From Thermotoga profunda AZM34c06 (GTDB taxonomy: Bacteria; Thermotogota; Thermotogae; Thermotogales; DSM-5069): 64,000 bases of DNA. The first letter of the stretch is position 1, and each line of letters opens with the position of its first letter. This document shows, piece by piece, positions 49,434 through 60,489 of the stretch. The notes below the pieces were generated by a model, which worked only from the letters and a program-made list of their open reading frames with translations, searched no databases and had not been told where the DNA came from. The stretch is from assembly GCF_000828675.1 (NCBI RefSeq), contig NZ_AP014510.1, forward strand, positions 575,413-639,412. The letters run 5' to 3'. The translations under genes were made by a program, and so were the position numbers.

Positions 49434-50255
49434 TCAACCTTTGATGCCGCCGTAGAATGAGAAACCGAATTTTCGCTCAACGATAAAGTACATAACTATG
49501 ACTGGTGTTGTGTAAAGTAATGCGTATGCGGATATCATACCTATATCGGGTACACCAACTTCGGTGAAAAATGTATATATAGCTATGGAAACCGGGTATT
49601 TTGTATGTGACCTTAATAAAACAAAAGGAATTAGAAAATTACTCCAAGATTGAGCAAAAACAAGCATAGCTACTACAATTATTCCCTTGCTTGAGAGTGG
49701 TAAAAAGATTTTAAACATGACTTGTAAGGGTGAGCTTCCATCGACAAGTGCTGCTTCTTCAAAGGTCCTCGGGATCGAGTCGAAAAAATCTCTCAGGATG
49801 AATATCGACGTTGGTAACATACCACCTGCGATTGTCAGAATAACTCCGAGCTCCTTGTTTATCAAACCAAGTCTTAGATTCAGCATGAATATTGGAACCA
49901 TTGCTGCTACACCAGTGACTATGCTCGAAAAAAGAACCAAAACATACAACAAGACATCTCTGCCTTTAAAATAATGCCTCGAGAGAACATAAGCTGCAAA
50001 AAGTGCACATACAGTGACGAGTAATACCACACCCACGGAAATGATCAGACTGTTCTTGAATGCATTGATCGCTGTCTTGTTATGAAAGACTCTTACAAAA
50101 TTATTCAATGTTGGAGTTGAGATCGATATGAACAATGATGGCCTCGAGCTAAATGGTGTCACTAACAACCATAAGATGGGCGCAACGAAAAAAGCCAATA
50201 TAGGTGTAAGTATTATATAATTCGTGATTTTACTCATTCTTCTGGGGTCCTTCAT
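49434..50255 (-). CDS. carbohydrate ABC transporter permease (MalG/UgpE-like)
   Basis: 273 aa, six TM helices, EAA-loop region (FDSIPRTFEEAALVDG). Confidence 0.8.
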   Translation of the reverse strand: MKDPRRMSKITNYIILTPILAFFVAPILWLLVTPFSSRPSLFISISTPTLNNFVRVFHNKTAINAFKNSLIISVGVVLLVTVCALFAAYVLSRHYFKGRDVLLYVLVLFSSIVTGVAAMVPIFMLNLRLGLINKELGVILTIAGGMLPTSIFILRDFFDSIPRTFEEAALVDGSSPLQVMFKIFLPLSSKGIIVVAMLVFAQSWSNFLIPFVLLRSHTKYPVSIAIYTFFTEVGVPDIGMISAYALLYTTPVIVMYFIVERKFGFSFYGGIKG

Positions 50256-51181
50256 GTTTTTTTCCTCCGTGACAGTGTTATGTAAAAGATTGCCAAAAGA
50301 AGATTTATAAGCAAAACAATTGTTGATATTGCTGATCCATAGCCTATCTTGAAATATTTGAATGCATTCCTATATATATAGATTGGTAGAAGTTCTGTTT
50401 TGAATGAAGGTCCTCCTCCCGTTAAAAGATAAGGCGTGAAAACATTGAAAGTCCAAAGTGTTATTAGAATAAAATCAGTGAAGATATAACCCTTTATGTT
50501 TGGTAAAACTATGTCTTTGAATTTTCTCCAAGATGTTGTTCCTATTATGTCGGCGGTCTCAAGATAAGAAGGTGGAATTGTCTCAAGAGCCGCAGAAAAC
50601 AACAACATGGAATAAGCAGTTCCTCTCCAAGTATTGAATAAGACAATAGTCAAAATGGGATGGTTGTAAAACCAGTTGATTTTCTCAAAACCAAGCCAAG
50701 ACAATGTCACATTTAGTGTTCCAAAATCTTTGTCCAAGAATGCGATCCAAAGATATGCAACGACTACTTCCGGGATGATCCATGCGAGTATCACGATGGA
50801 CTGAACAATAGTCTTTAACCTGCGGCTTCTTCTATAAGTGAGTAACGCCAGAATCATCCCAAGTCCTGCTTGACCAACTATTGCGGAACCAAAGACAAAC
50901 AGAAGACTTATCTTCAAAGCGTTGTAGAAAAAACGATCAGAAAAAACCCTTGAAAAATTTTCGAAACCCACAAAATCAGGCTCTCTTGCCTTAATACCTG
51001 TGAGTGTTTCATTCGTCATACCTAGCTTCAAAACCCAAATAGCTGGAAAGATGAGAAAGACCGATATAAGAATCAAAGCAGGAATTAACAGCAACACAAC
51101 GGCTTTTTTGCCTATTAAATACTTTTTTTGCAAAATACTCACCGCCCAAGAAGAGGGGGCAAAACGCCCCCTTTTGTTCAT
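50252..51181 (-). CDS. carbohydrate ABC transporter permease (MalF/UgpA-like)
   Basis: 309 aa, six TM helices. Overlaps the downstream permease gene by 4 nt. Confidence 0.8.
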   Translation of the reverse strand: MNKRGRFAPSSWAVSILQKKYLIGKKAVVLLLIPALILISVFLIFPAIWVLKLGMTNETLTGIKAREPDFVGFENFSRVFSDRFFYNALKISLLFVFGSAIVGQAGLGMILALLTYRRSRRLKTIVQSIVILAWIIPEVVVAYLWIAFLDKDFGTLNVTLSWLGFEKINWFYNHPILTIVLFNTWRGTAYSMLLFSAALETIPPSYLETADIIGTTSWRKFKDIVLPNIKGYIFTDFILITLWTFNVFTPYLLTGGGPSFKTELLPIYIYRNAFKYFKIGYGSAISTIVLLINLLLAIFYITLSRRKKT

Positions 51182-52503
51182 GGTTTCTCAATAACGTTTT
51201 GTTTTCCGACTATGTGTGTGACTTCGGTTGCAAATTCTTTAAGAGCTTGTTCAACGGTCATTTGTTTTGTAACGACTCTTTCGGTTAATAATTGTGCTTG
51301 GAATGAGATCTCCGGATAAACTGGAAATGCAGGTCTGAAGGTGGTGTATTTCACCAGTACTCTACTTGTTTCGGCTATGAATCTATCTTTGTTGACAGTC
51401 CAACATGAGTCTGCAAGATCAGATCTTGGAGAGACGAATGGTTTAAGCGTAAAATAACTGAGTTGTGGTTCGACATAAAGGATTCTTTTCAAGACTTCCG
51501 CTACAAGTTTTGGATTTTTGGTATTTGGATTTACGGCAAAGCCTGTTCCACCGGAGATGGAAACAAATTCTGGATCGCCAGGTTTGCCTCTCCCAGGCAT
51601 TGCAGCCCAGCCAATTCTCTCATCTCTGTCTGGAAAGCCCCAAGATGGGTTATTTGGGTTTAGAACAGATGTATACATCCAAGTTCCTTCAACATACATT
51701 GCAATCTTTTCCTGTCTGAACAAATCAAATGTCTTTTCTCGAGCACCAGGTGATACCTGAAGTTCTGCATCGCCTAATTTTTCATCGACATAAATCTGTT
51801 TGTAGAAATTCAGAGTGTCTCTTAATGCGCTGCTATTTACAATCCACTTTCCAGTCTCCCAATCATAGAGATTTCCACCAGCTCCAAGTAAGACCATGAA
51901 AAACCCCTGCATGGTTGTTGCTTCACCCATTTCCGTACCTGCGTTGATTTGTAGTGGTATTACACCAGGTAATTTTTCTTTGATGATTCTTGCTGTTTTG
52001 ATAATATCTTCCCAATTCTTTGGTTGCCATGGAAGTGGTATCCCAGCCTTTTTGAAGAGTTCTTTGTTGTAGTAAATCATTCTCACATCTGTAGAAGCCG
52101 GTACAAGATAAGTCTTTCCTTTGTAGCTCCCCATGGCTTTCATCGAATCATAGTAGTATTTCCAGGCAGGGACTGTTTCCAAAATGTCATCGATAGGCCT
52201 GAGATACCCAGCTTCAGCGAATTCAGGTACCCAGAAACCATCAATCCAAAGTATGTCTGCTCCTCCGCCACCTTTGATATCAAGCACAATTCTGGCTTTG
52301 AAGTCTTCGTCCTTGATACCAGTTTGAATTAGTTCAACTTGAATACCCAGTTCTTTTTCAATATCTGGAAGGAATTTCTCGAACCACTCAACAACTTGTG
52401 TGTTCTTTCCACCTTTAATGGCATTTGCGATGATCGATATTTTTTCAGCAACTACAAAAATAGCCAATAAAAGGACAATTAGTAAACAGATCCACCTTTT
52501 CAC
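51178..52503 (-). CDS. extracellular solute-binding protein family 1 (sugar ABC substrate-binding protein)
   Basis: Signal peptide MKRWICLLIVLLLAIFVVA and a 441-aa periplasmic binding fold. Adjacent to the permeases and the mannosidase. Confidence 0.75.
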   Translation of the reverse strand: MKRWICLLIVLLLAIFVVAEKISIIANAIKGGKNTQVVEWFEKFLPDIEKELGIQVELIQTGIKDEDFKARIVLDIKGGGGADILWIDGFWVPEFAEAGYLRPIDDILETVPAWKYYYDSMKAMGSYKGKTYLVPASTDVRMIYYNKELFKKAGIPLPWQPKNWEDIIKTARIIKEKLPGVIPLQINAGTEMGEATTMQGFFMVLLGAGGNLYDWETGKWIVNSSALRDTLNFYKQIYVDEKLGDAELQVSPGAREKTFDLFRQEKIAMYVEGTWMYTSVLNPNNPSWGFPDRDERIGWAAMPGRGKPGDPEFVSISGGTGFAVNPNTKNPKLVAEVLKRILYVEPQLSYFTLKPFVSPRSDLADSCWTVNKDRFIAETSRVLVKYTTFRPAFPVYPEISFQAQLLTERVVTKQMTVEQALKEFATEVTHIVGKQNVIEKP

Positions 52504-52527
52504 AAAAACACCTCCCCCTATGAAGTT

Positions 52528-53577
52528 TTATTTACATCCACAAGAATTTCTAACAACGAGCTTTGTTGGGACATAATGTACCTGTTCGTCGACATTGTTC
52601 CATGCCAGTAAGGAGATAAGAACAGCGGCTGCCTTTTCACCAATCTTCTCAGGATACTGTCTCACAGTTGTGAGTTTCGGTTGGATAAACTCGCTGAATG
52701 GTCTGTCATCAAAGCCAACGACTGCTATATCTTCTGGTATTCTTATGTTGTATGACTGTAAATGTGAGATGATTTCAACTGCGAGCAAATCCGTGCAGGC
52801 AAATATCGCATCGAATTTTTTGGTAAGCAGATGTAGTTCTTTTATTTGAGGCTTTTCTATTTGAACGAGTTGAATAGTTCCCCCAAATTCATCACAGGCC
52901 TTTTTGGCACCGTGAAATCTCTCTCTAACGCTGCTTACCTTTGTGCTCTCCCAAGAAACAAAAGCTATATTCTTGTAATGATGTATCTCTAAAAGATGCC
53001 TTGCTATATCATAAGCTCCTTTTTGATTATCAGATTGAACACTGTGGTATCCCAAACCTTCGATTGTTCTGTCGACAAAGACCACAGGTTTTTTCTGCTT
53101 CACCAGATCCAAAAGCGTCTGATCTGAAAGTGAACAAAGATGTGGAAGGATTATGAATCCTGCCACTTGAAGTTGAAGTAATCTATCGAGTTTCTCTTTT
53201 TCTGAATTTTCATCATTGTCAGAAAATTGAACTACCGGGTGGAAACCAATCGTGGATAAATATTCCTCTAAACCTCTTAAAATTCCAACGCTAAGTATAT
53301 CAGAAGCAGTTGTTAGAAAGACTCCGACTAATTTTGAGGAGACTATTTGTGCCTTTTGTGGTGGTTTTTGTACAAAAGTACCGATTCCTTGGAGCCTGTA
53401 AATATAACCTTCAATAGCCAGTTCATCTATAGCCTTTCTAACCGTAATTCTACTGACTTGGAACAAATCCATCAATTCTTTCTCCGATGGTATGCGATCT
53501 TCTGGGGAAAGTTCACCTTTTTTGATTCTCGAGAGGATATATTCTTTTACGATCATGTACATGGGTTTGTTTTTCAT
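52528..53577 (-). CDS. GntR-HTH / LacI-type periplasmic-binding-fold transcriptional regulator (AraR-like architecture)
   Basis: N-terminal GntR wHTH (YMIVKEYILSRI...FQVSRITVRKAIDEL) fused to a sugar-binding PBP domain. Start set at ATG 53577, preceded by GGGGGA. Confidence 0.7.
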   Translation of the reverse strand: MKNKPMYMIVKEYILSRIKKGELSPEDRIPSEKELMDLFQVSRITVRKAIDELAIEGYIYRLQGIGTFVQKPPQKAQIVSSKLVGVFLTTASDILSVGILRGLEEYLSTIGFHPVVQFSDNDENSEKEKLDRLLQLQVAGFIILPHLCSLSDQTLLDLVKQKKPVVFVDRTIEGLGYHSVQSDNQKGAYDIARHLLEIHHYKNIAFVSWESTKVSSVRERFHGAKKACDEFGGTIQLVQIEKPQIKELHLLTKKFDAIFACTDLLAVEIISHLQSYNIRIPEDIAVVGFDDRPFSEFIQPKLTTVRQYPEKIGEKAAAVLISLLAWNNVDEQVHYVPTKLVVRNSCGCK

Positions 53578-53742
53578 ATCATCCCCCACTTGTCATAACA
53601 TGTTATATCATATTATTTTGCTGCTGTCAACAATATTTATAGAAAAAATAAATGAGAGCATCATATCATTCAAATCTATTCATTATTGTTTTTTAGAGCC
53701 TATAATAACATAATTTGCTACAGCAAGTGTTTCTTTGATAAA

Positions 53743-54930
53743 ATGTCAGAAGAGAGATTTGATCTCATCGAAAGGTGTGAGGATATCTTGGATTGTATCG
53801 ATAGAAAGAACACAGATTGTGTGAAGTATGATTCTATCATCAACAAATATGGTGAAGATGTGATTCCAGCTTGGATAGCAGACATGGATTTCAAAACTGC
53901 TCCTAAGATACTTGAGGCATTTGTCAAAAGAATCGAACATGGGGTTTTTGGATACACCTTTCGTTCCAAAAATTATTACGAAGCGATAGTGAAATGGTAT
54001 GAAAAGCGACATAACTGCAAAATCAATTCAGAGTGGATTGTCGATGGTCCTGGTGTTGTCCCAATGATTGCGATCTTGGTCAACACACTCACACAACCAG
54101 GTGATAAAGTCATAATTCAGCCACCTGTTTATCCGCCGTTTTTTGCGGCTATTGAGAAAAACGAAAGAACGATTGTCGAGAACAGGCTCAGAAGAACACA
54201 AAATTCTTACCAAATGGATTTTGAGAACTTAGAGAAAGTGATCGATGAAAAGACAAAATTGATGATCATATCGAATCCTCACAATCCTGTTGGTAGAGTA
54301 TGGACTTATCAAGAACTTGAAAGACTTTATTCCATCGCTTTGAAATACGGTTTGATAATCATCAGCGATGAAATTCATGCCGATATAATTTACAAGCCCA
54401 ATGAATTTACTTCATTGCTCAAGGTTGCCCAAAGAAATGTTATTGTGCTCAACTCTCCGGGGAAGACCTTCAATGTACCTGGTTTGACAAATTCATATGG
54501 AATAATACCAGACAAGGAGCTGAGAACTTTTTACAACAAAGCCATTGAGAAACTCGAATTGACGACAGGGAACATATTCGGCATAACTGCCCTTTGTGCA
54601 GCCTATTCTCAAGGAGAACAATGGCTAACTGAGTTGATAGATTTTCTACAGTCAAACAGAGATTATGTATATGATTTTGTGAAAAAGAACATGCCTTTGA
54701 TAGATATGACACTTCCGGAAGGAACTTTTCTGATGTGGTTGGACTGTTCCAAATTGAGATTAGAAAATCCCCAAAAGTTTTTCTTGCAGAACGCAAGAGT
54801 TTATCTCAACAACGGCGCAGATTTTGGAGACCCAAATTCAGTGAGGTTAAATATTGCATGCTCGAGAAAAACTCTCGAGCAGATAATGGAAAGAATGAAA
54901 GTGGCTTATGATTCTCTGAATCACAGATAA
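53743..54930 (+). CDS. PLP-dependent C-S lyase (MalY/PatB-type aminotransferase class I/II)
   Basis: N-terminus MSEERFDLIERCED...KYDSI and a fold-type I aminotransferase body. Start at ATG 53743 (internal Met 20 of the ORF-track ORF). Confidence 0.7.
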   Translation: MSEERFDLIERCEDILDCIDRKNTDCVKYDSIINKYGEDVIPAWIADMDFKTAPKILEAFVKRIEHGVFGYTFRSKNYYEAIVKWYEKRHNCKINSEWIVDGPGVVPMIAILVNTLTQPGDKVIIQPPVYPPFFAAIEKNERTIVENRLRRTQNSYQMDFENLEKVIDEKTKLMIISNPHNPVGRVWTYQELERLYSIALKYGLIIISDEIHADIIYKPNEFTSLLKVAQRNVIVLNSPGKTFNVPGLTNSYGIIPDKELRTFYNKAIEKLELTTGNIFGITALCAAYSQGEQWLTELIDFLQSNRDYVYDFVKKNMPLIDMTLPEGTFLMWLDCSKLRLENPQKFFLQNARVYLNNGADFGDPNSVRLNIACSRKTLEQIMERMKVAYDSLNHR

Positions 54931-54960
54931 AATAATTCACGATTGAACGCAAAATACAGT

Positions 54961-55935
54961 TTATTGATAAACAGAGTTGTGGTATAAGAAACAGGCAACA
55001 AGATGGTCTTTCTTCACTTCAATTAAGGCAGGTCGTGTGTCTTTACATTCGATCATTCTGAATTGACAGCGATCGAAAAATGGACATCCTGCCGGTAGGT
55101 TAATTAAAGATGGGATCTCACTTACATCCATAATGAGCTTCATCTTTCTTGTTGGATCTGGTATGGGTATAGAGCTAAATAACAACTGTGTATATGGATG
55201 AAGCATATCGGTGACTACTGAATCTGTTTTCCCCATCTCAACTATCTGTCCAAGGTACATAACTGCTATTCTATCGCTCAAGAATTTAATCACAGACAGA
55301 TCATGAGATATGAACATATAGGTGAGTTTCAGTTCTTGTTTCAACTTTTTCAGTAGGTTCATTATCTGTGCTTGAACTGAGACATCGAGAGCCGATGTTG
55401 GCTCATCAAGGACAATGAATTTTGGTTTTGTTATTATAGCGCGAGCTATTGCTATTCTCTGTCTCTGTCCACCTGAGAATTCATGCGGAAATCTACCAAC
55501 ATGCTCAGATTTTAAGCCGACGCTTTCCAGAGTGCTCATGATTAATGATCTTTCCTCGGATCTTGGAAATTTCTGGTGGATTCGTATCGGTCGTGCGAGG
55601 ATATCGTAAACAGTCATGCGCGGATTTAATGAAGAAAATGGATCTTGAAAGACTATTTGCATATTACGCCGAAAGTGACGGAATTCCTTTTCTGGTATAT
55701 TTGTTATATTGATTCCATCGAAATTTATTTCACCACCATCGGGTTGCTGCAATCTTATCACGGTTCGCCCCAGAGTTGTCTTGCCACAACCAGACTCACC
55801 AACGACACCTAATGTTTCACCCTCATTCAAATCAAACGAAACTTCATTTAGAGGTTTAATAACGAAGTGTTTGCCAAAAAATCCTTTTTTAACCCAGAAA
55901 GTTTTCACGAGTTTTCTCACTTTCAGGATTTCCAA
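54961..55935 (-). CDS. Opp/Dpp-type ABC transporter ATP-binding protein (OppF-like)
   Basis: GESGCGKTT Walker [14 protein letters not shown] signature and a C-terminal oligopeptide-ABC extension. Confidence 0.85.
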   Translation of the reverse strand: MEILKVRKLVKTFWVKKGFFGKHFVIKPLNEVSFDLNEGETLGVVGESGCGKTTLGRTVIRLQQPDGGEINFDGINITNIPEKEFRHFRRNMQIVFQDPFSSLNPRMTVYDILARPIRIHQKFPRSEERSLIMSTLESVGLKSEHVGRFPHEFSGGQRQRIAIARAIITKPKFIVLDEPTSALDVSVQAQIMNLLKKLKQELKLTYMFISHDLSVIKFLSDRIAVMYLGQIVEMGKTDSVVTDMLHPYTQLLFSSIPIPDPTRKMKLIMDVSEIPSLINLPAGCPFFDRCQFRMIECKDTRPALIEVKKDHLVACFLYHNSVYQ

Positions 55936-56912
55936 CTTTGGTCACCACCGTTATAAGGATTGAAGCAAGCGACTTTATGATTTGAACCAACAAGCTCTGG
56001 AACTTTCTTATCACATAGATCTTTTATGAACCTTTCGCAACGAGGATGAAAGCGGCAACCACTTGGAGGATCTATCAAATTTGGTACACTACCCTCGATT
56101 ACTCTGAGTTTTTCTATTTTACTATCAACAGGTGGTATGGCATTTAAGAGACCTCGTGTATATGGATGTAGAGGTCTTTGAAATATCTCTTTAACTTCAG
56201 CAAATTCAATGACATATCCTGCATACATTACTGCGACCTTATCACAGATCTGTGCCACAACGCCGAAATTATGTGTGATGATCAAAACACTCAGACCAAG
56301 CTCTTGGTTCATTCTTTTCAACAAACTCAAAATCTGGGCTTGAATCGTAACATCGAGTGCAGTTGTCGCTTCATCGGCAATCAATAACTTCGGATTACAT
56401 ACCAGTGCCATAGCGATCATCACTCTTTGTCTCATGCCTCCAGATAATTGATGTGGGTACTTAGTCAAAAGAGACTCAGGGTCTTGCATTCTCACAAGTT
56501 TGAATGTCTCTATAGCCTTTGAAATCGCTTCTTGTTTACTGATACCTGTGTGGGTCATAATAACATCACAGATCTGCTCACCAATTGTAAATGTAGGATT
56601 GAGCGAAGTCATAGGCTCCTGAAAGATCATCGATATCTTTTTACCACGAATACTGGTCATCTCATCTTCTGAAAATTTACTTATCTCTTGACCTTCGAAC
56701 CAAATTTTTCCATTGAGATACCTTGCAGGTGGTGTCGGTATCAACTTGAGTATACTCATTGCTGTAATAGATTTGCCACTTCCTGTTTCACCAACTATAC
56801 CGACTATTTCACCTTTTCCAACTGTTATATTGACATCTTCTATAGCCTTTACGGTACCTTCTTCAGTATCAAAATAAAGTCGCAGGTTTTCTATTTTCAA
56901 TAAATCTTCCAT
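55923..56912 (-). CDS. Opp/Dpp-type ABC transporter ATP-binding protein (OppD-like)
   Basis: GETGSGKS Walker [15 protein letters not shown] signature and a C-terminal Cys-containing extension. Confidence 0.85.
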   Translation of the reverse strand: MEDLLKIENLRLYFDTEEGTVKAIEDVNITVGKGEIVGIVGETGSGKSITAMSILKLIPTPPARYLNGKIWFEGQEISKFSEDEMTSIRGKKISMIFQEPMTSLNPTFTIGEQICDVIMTHTGISKQEAISKAIETFKLVRMQDPESLLTKYPHQLSGGMRQRVMIAMALVCNPKLLIADEATTALDVTIQAQILSLLKRMNQELGLSVLIITHNFGVVAQICDKVAVMYAGYVIEFAEVKEIFQRPLHPYTRGLLNAIPPVDSKIEKLRVIEGSVPNLIDPPSGCRFHPRCERFIKDLCDKKVPELVGSNHKVACFNPYNGGDQSWKS

Positions 56913-56921
56913 ATTCTCATT

Positions 56922-57773
56922 TCACCTATCCTTCAATCTTGGGTTTAAGGCATCATTGAGACCATCCCCGAAAAGATTGGAACCCATCACAGTCAAAAAC
57001 AGTGCAATGCCAGGGAATATACCCAAGTGAGGTGCTATCTCTAAATAAACTCTTGCCATTGCAAGATCTGTTCCCCATTCTGCTTCTGGAGGCTTAACCC
57101 CTAATCCAAGAAAACTCAAGCCAGATATTGTCAATATCGCTGTAGCCATCCTGAGAGTGGCTTGAACTATTATTGGCGCTAATGCATTTGGCACAACATA
57201 TCTGACAATTACAGATATGTGTGATTCACCAATGGCTTTGGCTGCTTCGATGTATTCATTATTTTTGATTGTCAAAACAGATGCTCTCATTACTCTTGCG
57301 AACTGTGGAAATGAATAGATGGCAATGGCTATGATCAAGTTTGATTTGCCGGGACCCAAAGCTGCAACAATCGCTATAGCCAATAATATGTCCGGAAATG
57401 CCATTAGTATATCCAAAAACCTCATCAGAATTTCGTCAACAACACCACCAAAGTAACCTGCAATTGTTCCAGCTATTATACCCATGAGAATTGCGATGAT
57501 CACAGCTAAAAAAGAAATGGATACAGATGTCCTTGCACCATAGATAACCCTGCTCAAAACATCCCTTCCGAAGATGTCGGTACCAAAGATATGATTTTTT
57601 GATGGTCCCTCAAGACTCGAGAGTAGATCCTGTTTGTATGGATCATATGGTGCAATTAAAGGGGCTGTGAGAGCAATTACCACAATCGCAATCACTATGA
57701 ACATACCAATCAATGCACCTTTGTTTTTACTTATTCGTTTAAATATGATCGTCGTTGAACTCTTTTTTGGCAT
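56922..57773 (-). CDS. Opp/Dpp-type ABC permease (OppC-like)
   Basis: 283 aa, six TM helices, BPD-transporter EAA region. Confidence 0.85.
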   Translation of the reverse strand: MPKKSSTTIIFKRISKNKGALIGMFIVIAIVVIALTAPLIAPYDPYKQDLLSSLEGPSKNHIFGTDIFGRDVLSRVIYGARTSVSISFLAVIIAILMGIIAGTIAGYFGGVVDEILMRFLDILMAFPDILLAIAIVAALGPGKSNLIIAIAIYSFPQFARVMRASVLTIKNNEYIEAAKAIGESHISVIVRYVVPNALAPIIVQATLRMATAILTISGLSFLGLGVKPPEAEWGTDLAMARVYLEIAPHLGIFPGIALFLTVMGSNLFGDGLNDALNPRLKDR

Positions 57774-57775
57774 AT

Positions 57776-58693
57776 CTAACCCCGCCTTAGTCTTGGATCA
57801 ATCAACGCATAGAAAATATCTACAACCAGATTTACTAAGACGAAAGACATGGCTATCACCATTATTCCAACTTGAACGGCTATGTAATCACGATTGAAAA
57901 TGGAGTCCACAACGTATCTTCCAAGCCCAGGCCAGCCGAATACACTCTCGGTTAACACAGCTCCACCAAGGAGATAGCCAAATTGCAATCCAATAACTGT
58001 TACAATGGGAATCAAGGCATTTCTCAAAACGTATTTGTATACAACTTTTCTCTTTGGTAATCCAAAGGCTTTGGCTGTTCTCACATAATCTTGACTGAGA
58101 ACTTCAAGCATGCTTGCACGCGTCATCCTCGCTATTATGGCTGATGTCGCAAGACCGAGTGTAATGGCAGGAAGGATTATGTGTTCGATACCACCTTTGC
58201 CACCCGATGGCAACCAGCTTAGTATCACTGCAAAAATAATGATCAGAAGAATTCCCAACCAAAAAATTGGCATAGAAACACCTATTAAAGAGAAAAACAT
58301 AGCAAAATTATCGACCCAAGTATTTCTTTTCACAGCGGAAATTATGCCAAGAGATATACCTATGATCGAAGAAATCAGTATACTGACCATAGCAAGTTGG
58401 ACAGTGTTGAGAAATCTTGGGGAGATTTCTTTCAAGATAGGTCTCTCGGTTTTGATCGATCTGAGATCATTTGTGAGAATCCCTTTCATGAATCTAAAAT
58501 ACTGTTCGATCAGAGGTTTATCCAGCCCATATTTTGAGCGTATCGCTTCTATATCTTGTTTTGTTGCGCCTTCACCTGCAATTATGCGCGCAGGATCACC
58601 TGGTATCATGTGCATTATTGAAAATGATATGATTGAAACTCCAATTATCACTGGGATTAGAAGTAATAATCTCCTTGAAATGAATTTGATCAC
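57776..58693 (-). CDS. Opp/Dpp-type ABC permease (OppB-like)
   Basis: 305 aa. N-terminal IPGDPA motif typical of OppB/DppB. Confidence 0.85.
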   Translation of the reverse strand: MIKFISRRLLLLIPVIIGVSIISFSIMHMIPGDPARIIAGEGATKQDIEAIRSKYGLDKPLIEQYFRFMKGILTNDLRSIKTERPILKEISPRFLNTVQLAMVSILISSIIGISLGIISAVKRNTWVDNFAMFFSLIGVSMPIFWLGILLIIIFAVILSWLPSGGKGGIEHIILPAITLGLATSAIIARMTRASMLEVLSQDYVRTAKAFGLPKRKVVYKYVLRNALIPIVTVIGLQFGYLLGGAVLTESVFGWPGLGRYVVDSIFNRDYIAVQVGIMVIAMSFVLVNLVVDIFYALIDPRLRRG

Positions 58694-58741
58694 TCACAAC
58701 ACCCCACAAACCATGGGGTGTGTCGACACACCCCATAAAAC

Positions 58742-60292
58742 TTACTTATCAATCCAAGTATACGTCATGTTAAAGCGTTCAGTAGGATATATCTTTAGAT
58801 CTTTGACTTCTTTTCGCATGACTGTGGCAATTTTCATTTCATACAAAAATAATGCTGGAGCGTCCTGAAGAATCATCTTTTGCGCTTGAGCGTAATAATC
58901 CATCAATCGCTTTTCGTCGAGTTCTGTACCGATTTTATCTATGAGTTCATCGACCTTGGGGTTGCTGTAGAAGAAGTTGTTATACCTCGCGGTACCCTGT
59001 GGATTACCCATTTGGTTTATCGAATGGAAAAGAGGAAATAGTACCCAATGACCTTCGGCGGTACCGGGAGCCCAACCAAGCAGGAACAATTGATAATCCC
59101 AGTCCTCTGGTTTATTTGAGAGTATCTTTGCCACATAAGTTCCCCACTCCATAGGTTTGACATCAAGTGTGACTCCTATTTCTTTGAACATTCCTTGCAA
59201 TGCCACGGCTGTTTCATAATCGTTCAGATACCTACCTTTTGGAGTAATGAGTTCAAGCTTTAAGCCGTTGTACCCAGCTTCTTTCAATAGTTGTTTAGCC
59301 TTTTGGGGGTCATATGGGTACAGACCTGTAGAAACATAGCCATAAGTAATACTTGACAAAGGTGAGTCAGATGGTCTTGCCATATCCCTCATGATGACTT
59401 TACACAGTTTTTCCCTGTCAATGGCATAATTGAGCGCTTGTCTGACTCTCACATCATTCAATGGGGTTGTACGGCTGTTGATGCCTATGTAGATAACTCT
59501 CACTGTTGGTATGGTTTTTACAACAAGTCGTGAGTCTTGCTCCAAAGCCGGTATCAAGGCAGGAGGTGGATTGTACATAATATCTGCATCGGCAGCTCTA
59601 ACCTGCGTAACACGAGAGACGTCTTCTGATACCACAGAGAATGTTATCCCATCGAGATAAGGCAGACCTTGTTGCCAGTAATTTGGGTTCTTAACCAATT
59701 CAATTTTTTCGCCCACCTTCCATTCTTTGAAGATAAAAGGTCCGGTTCCAACTGGATTTCTTCCAAAAGTAGCCGGATCGTTGCCGTACTTTTCGATCGC
59801 CTTTGGTGAGAGAATCCATGCTGCAGACGAAGTTGCCAAACGGTACAGTATGGGAGTATAAGGTTGGAAAAGTTTAAATTTGACTGTGTAATCATTGAGC
59901 ACTTGGACTTCTTTGACTATACCTTTGAACATACCAACATTTCTCAGAGATGAATTTAAAACATAATCAAAATGTTTCTTAACTGCGTAGGCGTTGAAAT
60001 CTTCTCCATCGTGAAACTTAACACCTTTTCTCAGATAAAACACGTAGGCGGTTCCACCTTCTTGAATTTCCCACTGCTCGGCGAGGCACGGTATGATCCT
60101 TAGGTTTTCGTCGACATCGATTAAACCTTCCAAAATATGACTTGCAACTATGTTGCTTATTGAGTCTGGAATGTTTGGCCCGAGCAATGTTGTTGCGTCC
60201 ACTCCAATTAGAAACCTCAAGGTTCCACCGTACTTTGCCGCGAAAAGAGAGACTACAAAAACCAATAAAGCAATTAATAGGACCTTTCTCAC
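58742..60292 (-). CDS. family 5 extracellular solute-binding protein (OppA-like), paralog 1
   Basis: 516 aa with signal peptide. GTG start with AGGAGGTG RBS. Highly similar to the upstream paralog. Confidence 0.85.
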   Translation of the reverse strand: MRKVLLIALLVFVVSLFAAKYGGTLRFLIGVDATTLLGPNIPDSISNIVASHILEGLIDVDENLRIIPCLAEQWEIQEGGTAYVFYLRKGVKFHDGEDFNAYAVKKHFDYVLNSSLRNVGMFKGIVKEVQVLNDYTVKFKLFQPYTPILYRLATSSAAWILSPKAIEKYGNDPATFGRNPVGTGPFIFKEWKVGEKIELVKNPNYWQQGLPYLDGITFSVVSEDVSRVTQVRAADADIMYNPPPALIPALEQDSRLVVKTIPTVRVIYIGINSRTTPLNDVRVRQALNYAIDREKLCKVIMRDMARPSDSPLSSITYGYVSTGLYPYDPQKAKQLLKEAGYNGLKLELITPKGRYLNDYETAVALQGMFKEIGVTLDVKPMEWGTYVAKILSNKPEDWDYQLFLLGWAPGTAEGHWVLFPLFHSINQMGNPQGTARYNNFFYSNPKVDELIDKIGTELDEKRLMDYYAQAQKMILQDAPALFLYEMKIATVMRKEVKDLKIYPTERFNMTYTWIDK

Positions 60293-60328
60293 CGATTTTC
60301 ACCTCCTTTGTGTGATGTATTTGGGTGA

Positions 60329-60357
60329 GATTTTATCATGATCAAGAACTTGTGTCA
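60329..60357 (-). promoter_or_regulatory. sigma70-like promoter for the OppA paralog 1 gene (TTGACA-17-TAAAAT)
   Basis: Minus strand: TTGACA caagttcttgatcatga TAAAAT. Located about 40 nt upstream of AGGAGGTG and the GTG start. Confidence 0.6.
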
Positions 60358-60450
60358 AGGAGGTTTGTGTGTGTATATTTAAAATAAATGCTAATTCATC
60401 TTTTAAAGAGGCAAGAAATTGCATTGAAGAAAAACATTGGGGGGAAATAT

Positions 60451-60485
60451 GAACAAAAATAATAGGTGTGGCAAAGCCACACCTA
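60451..60485 (-). terminator. intergenic hairpin/attenuator between the two OppA-like genes
   Basis: Perfect 9-bp stem AGGUGUGGC-UUU-GCCACACCU followed by AUUAUUUUUGUU on the minus strand, immediately after the paralog 2 stop. Confidence 0.6.
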
Positions 60486-60489
60486 TTGA

